Shown: piece after piece, positions 9,901 through 18,585 of the stretch
Position numbering within the stretch: position 1 is the first letter of the stretch
Layout of the letters: the number at the start of each line of letters is the position of its first letter
IMG/VR virus record: IMGVR_UViG_2806310985_000007
Span: 1-64,000 of that record
Length of the DNA stretch: 64,000 bases
Source of the DNA: a virus
Taxonomy: Duplodnaviria > Caudoviricetes
Reading direction: 5' to 3' (one strand)
Position numbers and translations under genes: made by a program
The notes under the pieces: generated by a model
The model's input: the letters and a program-made list of their open reading frames with translations, nothing else
The model's database searches: none
Told to the model about the DNA's origin: nothing

Positions 9901-11055
9901 CTCATCACAGTACGTTTTGTACATTTCCCAAGAGGCTTTCAGTGTCGTTCCGTCTTCCTTCTTAAACACGTGGTAAGAATCAATGATGAAGTTGTAGAAA
10001 TCATTGGATGCGCCAAGCATCGCGACCGGAATATAATCATCGTACATGCCTGGATTTGCCAGATATACATTTTGGCAGTGGTATGCGATAGCGCCAAGTT
10101 CAAACTCAATTTGTTTCATTACCGTTTTGTATTCCTTCGGGCTCAATTTATCGCCGGATGGAGACACATCAATCAATCGTCGAATCAAACCCGATTTTGC
10201 GTCAGTTATTTTCACCGGCTTATTCGTGCCCATAAACAGAAAACATTTAAAACGGTTTGCGTAAGTAGACTTGAACTTTTCATTTACCGTCATCAACTCA
10301 TGGGAAACAAGGCTGTTCAGCCTGGTATTATCCTCAATGCGCGATAAATCCCCATCGTGCTGAATAGCAACAAGCGGATTGCTCTTGAACGCCTCCAAAG
10401 CAAACGAATTGCTTGAGGAACCCAGCGCTTTTGCGTCGAACACGGAATAGTACCCGTCAAAGAGCTGCTGAATGATGTTGAGAACCGTGGATTTACCGGT
10501 TCCTGCGGCGCCATACAAAACCATAAATTTCTGCAACTTTTTAGAATCCCCGCAGACTATGGAACCGATTGCCCATTCGATTTTTTCTCTCTCCGTTTCA
10601 GAGTAGAGAGTGGACATCAGCTTGTCATAGGCATTGATGGTTCCTTCTTCCAGGGGATACTTCAGCTTTTTGCTTGCGTAATCTTTTTTGTTCGTAGGCG
10701 TATTTGAAAATATCAGTTTTTCATCCAGCATGTGGAACGAATCTCTCATTTGTTTCTGACAGTATTTGTGCCACGAATCGATCATTCCAGATTCAGAGTC
10801 CCACATGTGCAGGACTTTAACACTTGAATCAAAATTCTTGCGATTCTCTTCTGCATACCGATCGAGTTCCCGGTCGATAAGCTGCAAAGCATCCTGCTCG
10901 TCCGTAGACCATAAACCCCGGTCTTCCAGCCATATGGCATAGAAGTCGCCGCCTCTAATCATAAGATCAGAGCTTTTCTTAATGATAAACTTCGGGTAGA
11001 TTTCTATTACACCACGCTTCGTACTACGTGTTGAAATCATTAAAAAGTCGATCAT
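6964..11055 (-). CDS. Helicase-primase-family B DNA polymerase fusion (1363 aa)
   Basis: GAAGTGKS P-loop (SF3-like); DFD...SKSG.GIHLHY prim-pol motifs; FYDVEV exonuclease; DIASMHPS, KIAINSVYG and HIKTDS PolB motifs A/B/C. Confidence 0.85.
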   Translation of the reverse strand: MIDFLMISTRSTKRGVIEIYPKFIIKKSSDLMIRGGDFYAIWLEDRGLWSTDEQDALQLIDRELDRYAEENRKNFDSSVKVLHMWDSESGMIDSWHKYCQKQMRDSFHMLDEKLIFSNTPTNKKDYASKKLKYPLEEGTINAYDKLMSTLYSETEREKIEWAIGSIVCGDSKKLQKFMVLYGAAGTGKSTVLNIIQQLFDGYYSVFDAKALGSSSNSFALEAFKSNPLVAIQHDGDLSRIEDNTRLNSLVSHELMTVNEKFKSTYANRFKCFLFMGTNKPVKITDAKSGLIRRLIDVSPSGDKLSPKEYKTVMKQIEFELGAIAYHCQNVYLANPGMYDDYIPVAMLGASNDFYNFIIDSYHVFKKEDGTTLKASWEMYKTYCDEAKVPFPFSQRIFKEELKNYFRDYKERFNLDDGTRVRSYYIGFRTEKFEEQTISEKEEPEQKLIEFKAQPSVFDKECADCPAQYATSSEIPTSKWEKVKTKLSSIDTSKLHYVKVPENHIVIDFDIPDKDGNKSFELNLKEASKWPPTYAELSKSGQGIHLHYIYAEDPAKLSRIYDDHIEVKVFNGKSSLRRKLTKCNNLPIATINSGLPLKGEKQVINFEGVKSEKGLRTQIKRNLNKEYHPATKPSIDFIYKILEDAYASDLHYDVTDMRNAVLAFAASSTHQADYCIKLVNKMQFKSADKSSGTKNDDAKLVFYDVEVFPNLFLVNWKIEGEGKPVVRMINPTSAEIEELMRFRLVGFNCRRYDNHILYARLMGYTNEQLFSLSNRIINGSANCFFGEAYNVSYTDVYDFCSKKQSLKKWEIELGIHHQELGLPWDQPVPEEMWTKVAEYCDNDVISTEAVFNARKADFTARQILADVAGMTVNDTTNSLTTKIIFGNNRKPQDQFSYRFMGDVTPDCEPWTITEDMVLYDRLGDENFTLFNKDGKPVFPGYTFEGGKSIYRGEEVGEGGYVYAEPGMYSNIALLDIASMHPSSIVAEELFGPEYTKRFNDILQARIAIKHKEFDKAKKMLNGALAKYLTDEAAAADLAQALKIAINSVYGLTSASFDHPFRDNRNKDNIVAKRGALFMVNLKHEVQRRGFIVAHIKTDSIKIPDATPEIIQFVMDYGKQYGYNFEHEATYDRMCLVNDAVYIAKYKDGKHAGEWTATGTQFQVPYVFKKLFSKEPIEFEDMCETKSVTSALYLDMNEGLPDVSELEKELERIVKRAKEFGVTMDLSGNSGDAELDPLVKEIAKGHNYHFIGKVGQFCPIKPGCGGGILLRETENKKTGEKGYAAATGSKGFRWLESEMVRELGKENDIDRTYYNNLVDEAVKSLSSYGDFERFVAAEPFVSDNTPPWFGAGEPHEEESTPFDVR

Positions 11056-11064
11056 CGAGGTTCT

Positions 11065-11298
11065 TTAGTCTCCTTCCGTCTGCTTTAGCTCCTTAATTTC
11101 AGTTTTCAGAGCCTCGATTTGGCAACGCATATTGCGAATCTCAAACTCTTTGACAATCAGGTGCGCCGTTACGACCGTTACCCAAAACGTAACATTGTGG
11201 TTAAACGACTGCTGCTTCCTGATGGATTTCCCGATTGCCCGGAACATCGTTTCCGAATTCCGAAGGCTTCCGAAAATATAACGGGCCATTTCATCCAT
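11065..11298 (-). CDS. Phage hypothetical protein
   Basis: RBS, operon packing. Confidence 0.65.
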   Translation of the reverse strand: MDEMARYIFGSLRNSETMFRAIGKSIRKQQSFNHNVTFWVTVVTAHLIVKEFEIRNMRCQIEALKTEIKELKQTEGD

Positions 11299-11506
11299 GA
11301 ACTTTTCCTCCTTTCATTCCTGCGAGAAACTGGTCGATAGTTTCAAACCGCCAAGTTTTTTCTCCGTTAAACGAAAATATAAATTCCTTGCCGTCTTTTT
11401 GCCGCACGCGGATACTGTTTTTCCCGTTCGGAAAATAGGTTTCAACCTTTTCGGCAAACGCCGGCATATGTTCTTGAAAACACTCAAACACTTTGCTGTG
11501 AACCAT
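11291..11506 (-). CDS. Phage hypothetical protein
   Basis: AAGGA RBS; YFPNGKNSIRVR. Confidence 0.7.
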   Translation of the reverse strand: MVHSKVFECFQEHMPAFAEKVETYFPNGKNSIRVRQKDGKEFIFSFNGEKTWRFETIDQFLAGMKGGKVHG

Positions 11507-11522
11507 AGCAGAATTCCTTTCT

Positions 11523-12071
11523 TTACAGGATGCTGTCCAAATACCAATTCATCTGATACCAAATCTCAACCGATCTCATATCGTACTTGCAGTGCTCAAT
11601 CGTGAATAGGCCGCCTTCACCGTCCCGTTTGTATTTACGGTACATAAAGCGAAATATAACATAGTCCGTATACCTCGGATCGAATCTGGAATCGCTCATG
11701 GAACCCAAACCAAGATTTACAATCATGTTCCAAAACCATTGGCCCATTCGATTGCCAACGTCAGGATTGTTCATAATGTTTTCTTCACAACGAAACGCCA
11801 AAGCAATCAGCATCTCCAGCACACTACAAGGCCGATTGTCCAGAAAAGAGGCAATCATAGGACGCTCGTATGATTTTTCATATCCAAAACGGTAACGGAG
11901 GTCTATCCCGTCTTCAGCCCTGTTGCCATCCATTGGAATCACATATTGGAAATCAATATTGTGAAGATGCCTCAGCAGCTTTTTATAGGATAGACCCCTA
12001 GAATACCGTTCATTGCATACGAGCTGACACATCCATTCAAAATATTCGTTGTTCAGCTCTTTCTCTGTCAT
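11523..12071 (-). CDS. Phage hypothetical protein
   Basis: 182-aa ORF, GGAGG RBS; DGNRAEDGIDLR...GGLF. Confidence 0.8.
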   Translation of the reverse strand: MTEKELNNEYFEWMCQLVCNERYSRGLSYKKLLRHLHNIDFQYVIPMDGNRAEDGIDLRYRFGYEKSYERPMIASFLDNRPCSVLEMLIALAFRCEENIMNNPDVGNRMGQWFWNMIVNLGLGSMSDSRFDPRYTDYVIFRFMYRKYKRDGEGGLFTIEHCKYDMRSVEIWYQMNWYLDSIL

Positions 12072-12680
12072 TTAATCCTCCATCTGACCGGGGTATCTGC
12101 CTGTGACATCCGAGTAGGAACGATTATCCTTCAGAATCTCATAATCACATTTCAGTCTGTCGTTACGGACAAACACAGAATCGTCCTCATACTCGCCGAA
12201 ATGAGCTGCAAAATCAGCGCCCACGGTCTCATCAATATCATCGACAATCTCGTCGTTTTCATCCGCCAGAACCTCGTCCGAATAATAAGTCAGACTGAGC
12301 TTGGTATATTCGTCGAAATCGCCGAATTCCTCTGGCGAGATAATATAAGGCTTTTCAACCATATTTACCTTCTCCTCTTTCGCGTTTTTATTGTTTGTCG
12401 AGGCATAATTCGTATAGCCTTCCTCCGCGAGCTTAGCCGCATAGTTAATTAGATCCGGTTTCAATTTAGCCTGGTCTGCCTTGATTTTGTTGTCTTTGTC
12501 AAGGTTCTCGTTTTCCTCTTTTCGAATCACCGTTTCCGGCTTCTTTTCAGCAAAGACCGCTTTCACCGAATCGATTTCCTCCTGGGCAATTTGCTCGTAT
12601 CGCTTTTTAAGGCAAAGCCATGTTGCGGCCGACCCGATAGTCAGACCGGCCATAAACATAGCGAAGTTAATCTTGCTCAT
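12072..12680 (-). CDS. Phage protein with N-terminal membrane anchor and acidic C-terminal domain
   Basis: Hydrophobic N-terminus; PYIISPEEF...SVFVRN. Confidence 0.8.
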   Translation of the reverse strand: MSKINFAMFMAGLTIGSAATWLCLKKRYEQIAQEEIDSVKAVFAEKKPETVIRKEENENLDKDNKIKADQAKLKPDLINYAAKLAEEGYTNYASTNNKNAKEEKVNMVEKPYIISPEEFGDFDEYTKLSLTYYSDEVLADENDEIVDDIDETVGADFAAHFGEYEDDSVFVRNDRLKCDYEILKDNRSYSDVTGRYPGQMED

Positions 12681-12834
12681 AGTAATCCTCCTCGTTTTTT
12701 ATCGTAACAACAGTTACGGCGAGACCTCCGAACAGCAATGCAGCGCTTAGGAGAATCCCGCCGGTAATATGTCTTTTCCGCTTGCTGTCCAATATAGAGT
12801 CAAGCAGATTTATGAAATCATCGAGCATATCCAC
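12667..12834 (-). CDS. Small membrane protein (not in ORF track)
   Basis: GTG start; MDMLDDFINLLDSILDSKRKRHITGGILLSAALLFGGLAVTVVTI... Confidence 0.6.
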   Translation of the reverse strand: MDMLDDFINLLDSILDSKRKRHITGGILLSAALLFGGLAVTVVTIKNEEDYYEQD

Positions 12835-12840
12835 GTTTGA

Positions 12841-12930
12841 TTACTCCCTTCCACCGGATAAAATGGCAATACCGCCGATTAAGCACAAACCGGCCATGGT
12901 AGAAAACACATAAGAAAATAATGCTTTCAT
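12841..12930 (-). CDS. 29-aa membrane peptide (not in ORF track)
   Basis: AAAGGAG RBS; MKALFSYVFSTMAGLCLIGGIAILSGGRE*. Confidence 0.5.
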   Translation of the reverse strand: MKALFSYVFSTMAGLCLIGGIAILSGGRE

Positions 12931-12944
12931 GATAAACGCTCCTT

Positions 12945-13511
12945 TCAATCATAGCTTGAAAAATAATGGCGGCATTCCTGGAACATCGGAACACCGTAAT
13001 TGCTGTATCCGCCTGCGGTGAAAAACACGCATTCGTAATTCGTCCGTTCCAGCAGCTCTTCCTTTACAAGCTCTACAAGTTCTTCTTTCACATAACAGCG
13101 GTCGACTCTCCCATTCCACATAGATGTGAACTGATTCGGCTGAAATATAACATCAGTTACATTATCCGGAAAGTGCGAATCGTCGACTCGGTTTAAAATC
13201 GTGTCAATTACCAGCCTCTGTCCGAGCTCCGTTTCACCTTCTGCTTCCGCCATTGTTACCAGCGCGATAAGTTCAATTTCTTCCTGCGAAATAGGGTACG
13301 GCCACTCTTCCTCAATCTGTTCCGGTTCCTCGGCAGGCGGCGAAGGTTCCGGCACGGTTTCAACAGGGGATATAGATACCGTCGAAGACTCATCGTTATA
13401 TGTATCCTCGACGGGTTTCTCTTTTACCGGGGCTGCGGCTATCCTCGCTATAATAATGAAGCAAAGGATAAGGCTCAGAAGAAACACCGCGCCCTTTAGT
13501 ATAGTTCGCAT
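12945..13511 (-). CDS. Cell wall hydrolase (SleB/Hydrolase_2-like) with signal anchor
   Basis: MAEAEGE...VIDTILNRV...FP..VTDVIFQPNQF motif. Confidence 0.85.
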   Translation of the reverse strand: MRTILKGAVFLLSLILCFIIIARIAAAPVKEKPVEDTYNDESSTVSISPVETVPEPSPPAEEPEQIEEEWPYPISQEEIELIALVTMAEAEGETELGQRLVIDTILNRVDDSHFPDNVTDVIFQPNQFTSMWNGRVDRCYVKEELVELVKEELLERTNYECVFFTAGGYSNYGVPMFQECRHYFSSYD

Positions 13512-13570
13512 TTTTTAAACTCCTCTCTTATAAAGCGACCACCTCCAGTATCGATCTGAAAGCGTTAAAG

Positions 13571-14491
13571 TTACATCTTCTCCCAAATATTTCCCTCTAC
13601 GTTGAAATCGAGCAAAAAAACCGGCTCGTGTCTGCCGTCTTCAGTTTCTCGCTCGACTTCTACAATTCGGAAATTGACATATCCGTCCGGACCATCGGCG
13701 GTCCAGCCTACAATCTGACCGGCAGGTGTACGAGGGAGATCCAGATCGTCCAGAACTTCGTTCAAGAACAGATGCCCACGGGTCTGAAGTTTATCGTTGG
13801 CAAACGCCTGCTGCGCCTTCAGGAACATGCGGTTGTAATCCTGATTGGTCTCGTAATTGCGGCTCTTCGAGTCAAAGTAAACGGCATAATCGCTCTGAAG
13901 ATTTGGGTCAACCACTTGGACTGTTTTCTTTACCTTCTTTTCCTTTCCAGTTTCAGGATCAACCTCAACCTCTTCAAACTTCTTCGCTTTGATGTTGTAC
14001 TTCAGTTCCTGGTCTACCTGCTCGCCAAATCGCTCAACCACCCGGCTGCGGTACTCTTTAAAACTCTTATCGATAGCCGCATAAGCCGCGCCAAGCGCTA
14101 CGTTTCTCTTGCGAAGAATGTTGTTGGACGCAAGGATACTGGTAATGGACAGAGTCCCGAGAATAACGGCAGGAGCATACAGCTTGGCGAACTTAATGCC
14201 AGTCTGCACATAAATGATGGTGAGGTCCTTCTTGGAATCCTCAGCGGAATAAGATTCGCCAGCTTCTGTAACGCCGGTTTCCGTTGCGGTATGGACCTTA
14301 TCGATATCGTTCTTGGTATCCTCCACAATCTTGTTTACTTTGGTCGTAGCTTTGCAAGCGATAATGGCGCTCACAACCGTCCCCGCGATTCCGGCCACTA
14401 CGAGAATCTCAGGGCTATGCTTTCTGACCTTCATCATGGTCTTATTCATAGCGCCGCTGACGCTCTTTACAATTTCGGTCTTATTTTTCAT
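13571..14491 (-). CDS. DUF6353-like phage protein, paralog 1
   Basis: KHSPEIL..GIAG..A.KAT and RNVAL.AAY motifs; start at MKNKTE behind GGAG. Confidence 0.75.
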   Translation of the reverse strand: MKNKTEIVKSVSGAMNKTMMKVRKHSPEILVVAGIAGTVVSAIIACKATTKVNKIVEDTKNDIDKVHTATETGVTEAGESYSAEDSKKDLTIIYVQTGIKFAKLYAPAVILGTLSITSILASNNILRKRNVALGAAYAAIDKSFKEYRSRVVERFGEQVDQELKYNIKAKKFEEVEVDPETGKEKKVKKTVQVVDPNLQSDYAVYFDSKSRNYETNQDYNRMFLKAQQAFANDKLQTRGHLFLNEVLDDLDLPRTPAGQIVGWTADGPDGYVNFRIVEVERETEDGRHEPVFLLDFNVEGNIWEKM

Positions 14492-14744
14492 AGTTTTCAT
14501 TCTCCTTTTCGAGTTTTCTGAGATGGTCGATAAGATGCTGTGTATACCACATAATCTTTTCGAGGTCCTGAATGCCGTTTTTCTGTTTCCAACGGCAGGC
14601 ATATTTGATGATGTTGCCGGTATCGGTTGCTTCGATGCCTTTAAGGTCAAAAGTAAAAGCCTCTATTACATCAATAACTTCCAAACCGGTTTCAGATTGA
14701 TAATGTGCCGGATGTGACACCATTTTGTCAGGAGATTCGTACAT
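14481..14744 (-). CDS. DUF3310-like protein
   Basis: HPAHYQ...EVIDVI...GNIIKY..R..KNG..DL.K. Confidence 0.8.
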   Translation of the reverse strand: MYESPDKMVSHPAHYQSETGLEVIDVIEAFTFDLKGIEATDTGNIIKYACRWKQKNGIQDLEKIMWYTQHLIDHLRKLEKENENYEK

Positions 14745-14971
14745 TACTCTTCGTCCTCCTCACAGGTTTCACAGTAAGGGATATAGGTTCTCTTTCGTTC
14801 CTGAACCGCAATCTGACAGCCGCAGGAAGGGCAGTCAAAAGTGTCGTACAGTTTTTCCTAGGATTCCGAGCCAAAGGCTGCTGCTAACCCGCTTTTCCCG
14901 TTGTCACGGGAAATATAATGACGCTCCTCAATAGCGTTGAATTTGCATCCGCAGATTTTACACTCAAGCAT
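14744..14971 (-). pseudogene. Zn-finger protein interrupted by one in-frame TAG (codon 38)
   Basis: MLECKICG...GSES*EKLYDTFDCPSCGCQ...; stop at 14858-14860 and frame continues to a second CxxC. Confidence 0.7.
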
Positions 14972-14984
14972 ATTTTTTCTCCTT

Positions 14985-15584
14985 TCAGTTCAATGGGATA
15001 GCTCTTGGAAGTTTCAAAATATAACCGTCCCGAACCCTTACAGCAGTTGCTCCGGCAATATTTGTCCAGCCGTAACGATTCATTGTGTAGTTGTCGTTCG
15101 CAACATTAGCCAAATCATAAAAATCCGACACGCTTACCATACCGTACTGGCTGATAATATCATTCATGGAATCCAGCACTGCTTCCGCATCCCCGCGAGT
15201 GTCGAACAAAATATCATCGTAGTCAAAACTTGTCCGTCTGATAGCGGAGCCGGCGCGGGTGCGTTCGCTTTCCCGTTCGTAATAATTCCGATACGATACC
15301 TTGGATGCTGAACCGTTTTTCCTTGTTCTTCCTGCCTCACCGTAAAGAATCATATCGATTCCGGTAGTAACGATATCAGAAATAGCCTTTTTGATTGCCG
15401 GCACAATGACTTCCAGCAAAATATAAGACTTTACATTGTTGGCGTCCTCGGCAATGAAAACATCGGCGAATTTCTGCATTTCACCCTTTTTCCGGGTTTT
15501 CGCTTTTCCGCTTATGACTGCCTCCACTTTTTTCTCAGACTGCTCTTGACGAGACTTATCTGAATTGGTTTTGTATTCCTCCAC
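14985..15584 (-). CDS. Phage protein sharing the DUF6353-like C-terminal motif
   Basis: YGMVSVSDFYDL...YGW resembles YVTLNEFY.LG...GW in the paralogs. Confidence 0.75.
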   Translation of the reverse strand: MEEYKTNSDKSRQEQSEKKVEAVISGKAKTRKKGEMQKFADVFIAEDANNVKSYILLEVIVPAIKKAISDIVTTGIDMILYGEAGRTRKNGSASKVSYRNYYERESERTRAGSAIRRTSFDYDDILFDTRGDAEAVLDSMNDIISQYGMVSVSDFYDLANVANDNYTMNRYGWTNIAGATAVRVRDGYILKLPRAIPLN

Positions 15585-15600
15585 TTAGGTTTCTCCTTTC

Positions 15601-15789
15601 TTAAGCCGGGATCAATTTGCCAGGCAGAGTGATTTTGGTATTCGGCGTCATGCCATTCTCTTTTTTATACCGATAAGCAAGATTGCTCTTGGCTTTCGCT
15701 TCCGACGGGGCGTAGGTGGACGCTTTCCAGCGATTTTGTACGCAGTTTTCAAACCGCATGACTGGTCCGTCGTAGTAATACGCTTTCAT
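15601..15789 (-). CDS. Phage hypothetical protein
   Basis: GGAGG RBS; MKAYYYDGPV...WKASTYAPSEAKA. Confidence 0.75.
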   Translation of the reverse strand: MKAYYYDGPVMRFENCVQNRWKASTYAPSEAKAKSNLAYRYKKENGMTPNTKITLPGKLIPA

Positions 15790-15810
15790 TCTCGTACCCT
15801 CCTTTTTGGT

Positions 15811-15854
15811 AAAAAGAAAAAAGGGAAAGCACATTGTTTAAGGCACTCTCCCTT
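15811..15854 (-). terminator. Intrinsic terminator closing cassette
   Basis: AAGGGAGAGTGC...GCTTTCCCTT followed by TTTTCTTTTT. Confidence 0.7.
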
Positions 15855-15878
15855 GTCCGAATTTCACAGATTCAAATT

Positions 15879-16133
15879 TCAGTTTTCTTCTGTAGAAACG
15901 TCTGCTTCGTCAACAATGATTGTCTTCTCCTCAGCAGCCATCTTTTTCAGCTCGATCTGGGTTTTGATATTCGCAATCACCGGTTTTGCTACGTATTTAT
16001 AGACCACAAAGCCTACAATTACGCTCAAACCAATGCCTGCTGCAATCTTGATACCCTTGCTCATACCTGTGTTTTCAATGACTTCCTCGGTAGTTTCGAT
16101 AACCTCGTTGTTCATAATCGCATTATTTTCCAT
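15879..16133 (-). CDS. Cassette ORF: small single-TM protein
   Basis: AAAGGAG RBS; acidic N-terminus, TM helix, charged tail. Confidence 0.75.
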   Translation of the reverse strand: MENNAIMNNEVIETTEEVIENTGMSKGIKIAAGIGLSVIVGFVVYKYVAKPVIANIKTQIELKKMAAEEKTIIVDEADVSTEEN

Positions 16134-16175
16134 TTTATGTTCTCCTTTCAAATTCTGAAAATGTGGAACTTCTTC

Positions 16176-16200
16176 CATTAAAGCAATTGTAATTTTCGCG
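16176..16200 (-). promoter_or_regulatory. 25-bp cassette-head motif, copy 1
   Basis: CGCGAAAATTACAATTGCTTTAATG. Confidence 0.75.
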
Positions 16201-16220
16201 CGGTTTTCTCAGTGATGTTG

Positions 16221-16988
16221 TTATCGGGAGTGATAATCGTAAACCGGCGCAACCCGATAATCAATAACCAGGCAAGGGGTGCCGTTCGCGTCAAGATGGG
16301 AACTAAAATCAAGTTCGATATATCCCTTTTCGATGCTCCAACCCAGATCGTCTCCCAATTTCGTCCCGTCTAATCCGAGCGCATAGTAAAACTCGTTGAG
16401 CGTTACATACATGTCATCCCGCATTTGCCAGTTCAATTCATTTACGGCTCGGTTGATGGTATCTCTGTCCGACTTAAAATATCTTCCCGAGATAGCGTCA
16501 TAACAGATGGTATTTCCGCCTTTTTCAGTCAGAATCACTTCCCGAACAGGATTCTTCACGATTTTTTCTTTCGCCATCGACTCCCGTATCGTCTGCTCCT
16601 TCTTATCGCCAATCGCCTCTACGACCTTTTCCTGATATTCTCTTAAAGTTGATTCAGAAAGTGTGTAAGCGGTTGCAAGCGCTGCGTTCCGACGCAGATT
16701 TGTCGAGCTGGCGCCAATAAGACAGAAAATGGAAACCGAGCCAACGATTGCGGCCGGAATATAACAAGGCCATGCTGTCTTTACGATTTCCTTTCCGCTT
16801 AACTGGTCTGTTTCAAGTTCGTCTTTTTTCTCCTCGATAAGAATCAGTGCTTTTGGCGTTGCCCTCACCGCCATGACTGTAGTTGTAATCATTCCAGCAA
16901 TGCCGATACCTGTAAGTATCTCTGGACTATGCTTTTTCATCGCCGTCCGTACACTCTTGGCAATGCTGGATAAACTGTATTTTCCCAT
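16221..16988 (-). CDS. DUF6353-like phage protein, paralog 2
   Basis: KKHSPEILTGIG...AVRATPKA...CYDAISGRYF...LNEFY. Confidence 0.8.
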   Translation of the reverse strand: MGKYSLSSIAKSVRTAMKKHSPEILTGIGIAGMITTTVMAVRATPKALILIEEKKDELETDQLSGKEIVKTAWPCYIPAAIVGSVSIFCLIGASSTNLRRNAALATAYTLSESTLREYQEKVVEAIGDKKEQTIRESMAKEKIVKNPVREVILTEKGGNTICYDAISGRYFKSDRDTINRAVNELNWQMRDDMYVTLNEFYYALGLDGTKLGDDLGWSIEKGYIELDFSSHLDANGTPCLVIDYRVAPVYDYHSR

Positions 16989-17003
16989 TTGAGTTCTCCT
17001 TTC

Positions 17004-17183
17004 TTATTCAGAAACTAAGTCATCTAAAAGTTTATCGACTCTGCTTTTTATTTCGTTTTTGCATTCATCAGACTGAAGATATTTCTCCATCGATTTTAAG
17101 ATGCATTTTTTAGAGACAACAAATCCGCCGGCTAATCCTGCAAATACTCCAATACCGAAAACAACACACAACTTACTCTTCAT
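17004..17183 (-). CDS. Small membrane protein
   Basis: Starts inside the 19-bp RBS repeat; hydrophobic N-terminus. Confidence 0.65.
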   Translation of the reverse strand: MKSKLCVVFGIGVFAGLAGGFVVSKKCILKSMEKYLQSDECKNEIKSRVDKLLDDLVSE

Positions 17184-17199
17184 GTTTTTCTCCTTTCGT

Positions 17200-17496
17200 T
17201 TAAACAAATAACAAAATCAATTCTTCGGCTGTTTCAACCGCTGTCTGAAATATCAAACTGCGATGCTCGTCCTCGCCGTAACAAGCATACATAGCCATTT
17301 CGCAGATAAAACTTTCGATAATACAGATAGGCATTTCAAAGGGCTTATCCATAATTCGATTGATGATTTCATAAGCGGCCCATTGTGAATACGAACGTTT
17401 TTCAAATTCGTTTTTAGGCCACGAAAATGATGGACTAAATAAATATCGATCTACATATTCCTTGATAATCGAAACAGCCGTCTCCGAATCGCACAC
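17200..17496 (-). CDS. Phage hypothetical protein (SYSQWA family, copy B)
   Basis: FEKRSYSQWAAYEI, paralog of 19067-19387. Confidence 0.75.
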   Translation of the reverse strand: MCDSETAVSIIKEYVDRYLFSPSFSWPKNEFEKRSYSQWAAYEIINRIMDKPFEMPICIIESFICEMAMYACYGEDEHRSLIFQTAVETAEELILLFV

Positions 17497-17510
17497 GATG
17501 CCTCACCGGG

Positions 17511-17541
17511 TAAAGAAAAAAGAGCCCCTGTTAGGACTCTT
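17511..17541 (-). terminator. Terminator with CTAACA loop
   Basis: AGAGTCC-TAACA-GGGGCTCT then TTTTTCTTT; the upstream ORF's stop codon lies in the loop. Confidence 0.7.
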
Positions 17542-17698
17542 CCTCTTCGTCATTAAGTGCGGCGAGCTTTTCGTTAATGCGTTCATCGATTTTCTCTTCC
17601 ATTTTCTTTTCGTTCACCCAGTCGGTTAGCAGTGTTGCACCCATACCTACTGCGGTGGCGACAAGACCAAGAATTTTTACCATTTTAGCGTTAATCAT
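17531..17698 (-). CDS. Cassette ORF: 55-aa single-TM protein (not in ORF track)
   Basis: GGAGG RBS; MINAKMVKILGLVATAVGMGATLLTDWVNEKKMEEKIDE...EEES*. Confidence 0.75.
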   Translation of the reverse strand: MINAKMVKILGLVATAVGMGATLLTDWVNEKKMEEKIDERINEKLAALNDEEEES

Positions 17699-17716
17699 AA
17701 AGCGCTACCTCCTTTT

Positions 17717-17741
17717 CATAATACGACTTGTAAATTTTGCG
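17717..17741 (-). promoter_or_regulatory. 25-bp cassette-head motif, copy 2
   Basis: CGCAAAATTTACAAGTCGTATTATG. Confidence 0.75.
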
Positions 17742-17744
17742 GAT

Positions 17745-18569
17745 TTAAAGATCTTCCATCCATTCAGCGGTCGGTTCGAAGACCATGTCAATGACGAAGA
17801 TTTCCATCCCGTCTTCCAGCGTTAATTTATGGTGGTTGAAATCAATCCAGTAAATATCACCATTGCAGGACGACCAGCCTACGGTTTCTCCCAATTCGGT
17901 TTTTTCAAGCCCAAGGAACTCATAGAAGTCGTTTAATAGAATTACACCTTGAAACATAAAATTACGGTTCAAATGGTATTCCGCCTCTATGACCTTGGCG
18001 ATGGTTGTCTCAAAATACCTCTGAGAAAAGCTGTCGTAGAAAGTACGAACTATCTCGGGTTCCATGCCTTCGCCAAAGTCGAGACTTGAATTGCTGATGA
18101 AACTTGGCGACGAAATATAAACGTCCTTACACTTTTCACTCACTATGGAATCCACAATCGCATTGTGCGCCTCTTCTCCGTAAAGCTCTTTCAGTTTATC
18201 CTTATATTCCTTATAGGACTGGTTGATAAGAGCGTAGGCGCTTGTCAGGGCAACCTGTTTTCTGCTATTAAGCGCGTTGGCTCCCATAATACAGGCTATC
18301 GTGGAAAGGCCAAAAGCAGCAGTTGGAATATAATATTTCCACGCTGACATAAACGCCTCTTTTCTGGTGTAGGCGTATGGATCTCCATCGTGATTTTTTC
18401 TGCTGTCCGCTTTGACAAGTTCTACAGCTTTTGGAGTAGCTTTAACAGCCATAACGACAGTTACGATTACTCCTACGGACGCTACGCACGATAAAGCAAC
18501 AGGAGAATACTTTTTCAAATATAGTCCCGACTTGTGCAGCGCCTTTTGAATAACAGGGGTTTTGTTCAT
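17745..18569 (-). CDS. DUF6353-like phage protein, paralog 3
   Basis: KKYSPVAL...AVKATPKA...FYDSFSQRYF...LNDFYEFLGL. Confidence 0.8.
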   Translation of the reverse strand: MNKTPVIQKALHKSGLYLKKYSPVALSCVASVGVIVTVVMAVKATPKAVELVKADSRKNHDGDPYAYTRKEAFMSAWKYYIPTAAFGLSTIACIMGANALNSRKQVALTSAYALINQSYKEYKDKLKELYGEEAHNAIVDSIVSEKCKDVYISSPSFISNSSLDFGEGMEPEIVRTFYDSFSQRYFETTIAKVIEAEYHLNRNFMFQGVILLNDFYEFLGLEKTELGETVGWSSCNGDIYWIDFNHHKLTLEDGMEIFVIDMVFEPTAEWMEDL

Positions 18570-18585
18570 GTTTTTCTCCTTTCTT

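Noticed and set aside
13628-14521. 297-aa plus-strand ORF and similar antisense ORFs (47158, 55663, 61345, 62887)
   Set aside because: All lie opposite well-supported genes and lack motifs.
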